Assembly (NCBI GenBank): GCA_033762915.1 | Contig: JANRLD010000047.1 | Span: 1-64,000 of the forward strand | Direction: 5' to 3' | Length of the DNA: 64,000 bases | From: Meiothermus sp. | GTDB taxonomy: Bacteria > Deinococcota > Deinococci > Deinococcales > Thermaceae | Part shown: positions 63,045-64,000 of the stretch, in pieces | Numbering within the stretch: the first letter of the stretch is position 1 | Layout of the letters: every line of letters starts with the position of its first letter | Made by a program: the position numbers and the translations under genes | The notes under the pieces: model-generated | Seen by the model: only the letters and a program-made list of their open reading frames with translations | What the model was told of the DNA's origin: nothing | The model's database searches: none

Positions 63045-63692
63045 GTGCCGCTCAAGCATCTGCTCGAGAACAACCGAAGATGGTCGCTGGACATCCGGCA
63101 GCGCGACCCCGACTTCTTCAGCAAGCTGGCCGCGCAGCAGAAGCCCGAATACCTATGGATCGGCTGCTCGGACAGCCGGGTGCCCGCCAACGAGATCATC
63201 GGACTGCTGCCGGGCGAGGTGTTCGTGCACCGCAACATCGCCAACCTGGTGGTGCACACCGACCTCAACTGCCTGTCGGTAGTGCAGTACGCGGTGGACG
63301 AGCTGCGGGTCAAGCACCTCATCGTCTGCGGCCACTACGGCTGCGGCGGGGTGGTGGCGGCCTTGCAGCGCAGGCGGGTGGGCCTGGCCGATAACTGGCT
63401 GCGCCACGTGCAGGACGTCTACGCCAAGCACCATCAAGCCCTCGAGAGCCTCCCCGAGGGAGAGCGCGCCCGCCGCCTATGCGAACTTAACGTGATCGAG
63501 CAAGTGGTCAACCTATGTCAGGCCACCATAGTCCAGGACGCCTGGGGCCGGGGCCAGGAGCTCACCGTGCGCGGCTGGGTCTACGGCCTCGAGGACGGCC
63601 TGCTGCGCGACCTGGGGATGATCGTGCGGGGCCTGGGGGAGCTGGAAGTGGTATACGGGCGGGTGGTAGGCGAAGGGGAGCCTGAGGGGTAG
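63045..63692 (+). CDS. can: Beta-class carbonic anhydrase
   Basis: WIGCSDSRV, GEVFVHRNIAN, CGHYGCGG; GTG start after TACAGT. Confidence 0.93.
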   Translation: MPLKHLLENNRRWSLDIRQRDPDFFSKLAAQQKPEYLWIGCSDSRVPANEIIGLLPGEVFVHRNIANLVVHTDLNCLSVVQYAVDELRVKHLIVCGHYGCGGVVAALQRRRVGLADNWLRHVQDVYAKHHQALESLPEGERARRLCELNVIEQVVNLCQATIVQDAWGRGQELTVRGWVYGLEDGLLRDLGMIVRGLGELEVVYGRVVGEGEPEG

Positions 63693-63747
63693 GGCCCGGA
63701 GTGGAGGGGTACAGCGAACCCAGCCCTTGTCTCTTCGCCCCTGCTGC

Positions 63748-64000
63748 TCACAGCCGGCTGGCGAAGCCGCGCTTGATGTAGAGCACCGGGTCGGCGTAGT
63801 TGGCACTGGCGGCCAGAACCTGGCCGGCTTGGTCTTCGCCCAGTTCGAACAGGGCGGAATACTCGGAGGGCGGGAGCACCGCCTCGCGGAAGTTGTCTAT
63901 GTCCACGCCCTGCTCGAGAAACCAGTTCACCAGTTCGCGCAGGGTGTCGTCGCCCACCACGCCAAAGCGCGGCCCGAAGGCGTCGAAGGTCAGCACCCGG
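63748..64000 (-). CDS. C-terminal part of a hypothetical protein entering from the window end
   Basis: Open frame from the window edge to a stop at 63748. Confidence 0.55.
   Translation of the reverse strand, partial: RVLTFDAFGPRFGVVGDDTLRELVNWFLEQGVDIDNFREAVLPPSEYSALFELGEDQAGQVLAASANYADPVLYIKRGFASRL

Overview
High-GC chromosomal window from a Thermaceae (Deinococcota) bacterium, most likely the Meiothermus/Calidithermus group, judged from a LonC-like protease, a Hera-like helicase and many leaderless-type promoters. It holds about 55 mostly housekeeping CDSs, including purD, trmL, hpt, tctCBA with a CitAB-like two-component system, ispG, nfo, ruvB, carB, def and fmt. I saw no rRNA, tRNA, CRISPR array or transposase. 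Main points of interest: (1) a clear homolog of Deinococcus DdrC, with 17-bp RDRM-like (DdrO operator) palindromes in the promoters of both ddrC and ruvB and an RqkA-architecture kinase nearby, pointing to a Deinococcus-type radiation/desiccation regulon in a Thermaceae genome; (2) a dispersed 110-200 bp TA-flanked repeat family (about 9 copies) with a variable internal double-hairpin module, three copies of which overlap gene stop codons; (3) strong over-representation of the palindrome CTCGAG, plus heptamer tandem repeats; (4) a two-gene nucleotidyltransferase cassette bounded by 23-bp direct repeats; (5) tandem S41 peptidases, one intact and one with degenerate catalytic motifs, divergent from a lipoprotein-subtilase operon. 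All homology calls are from motif recognition and recall, not database searches.
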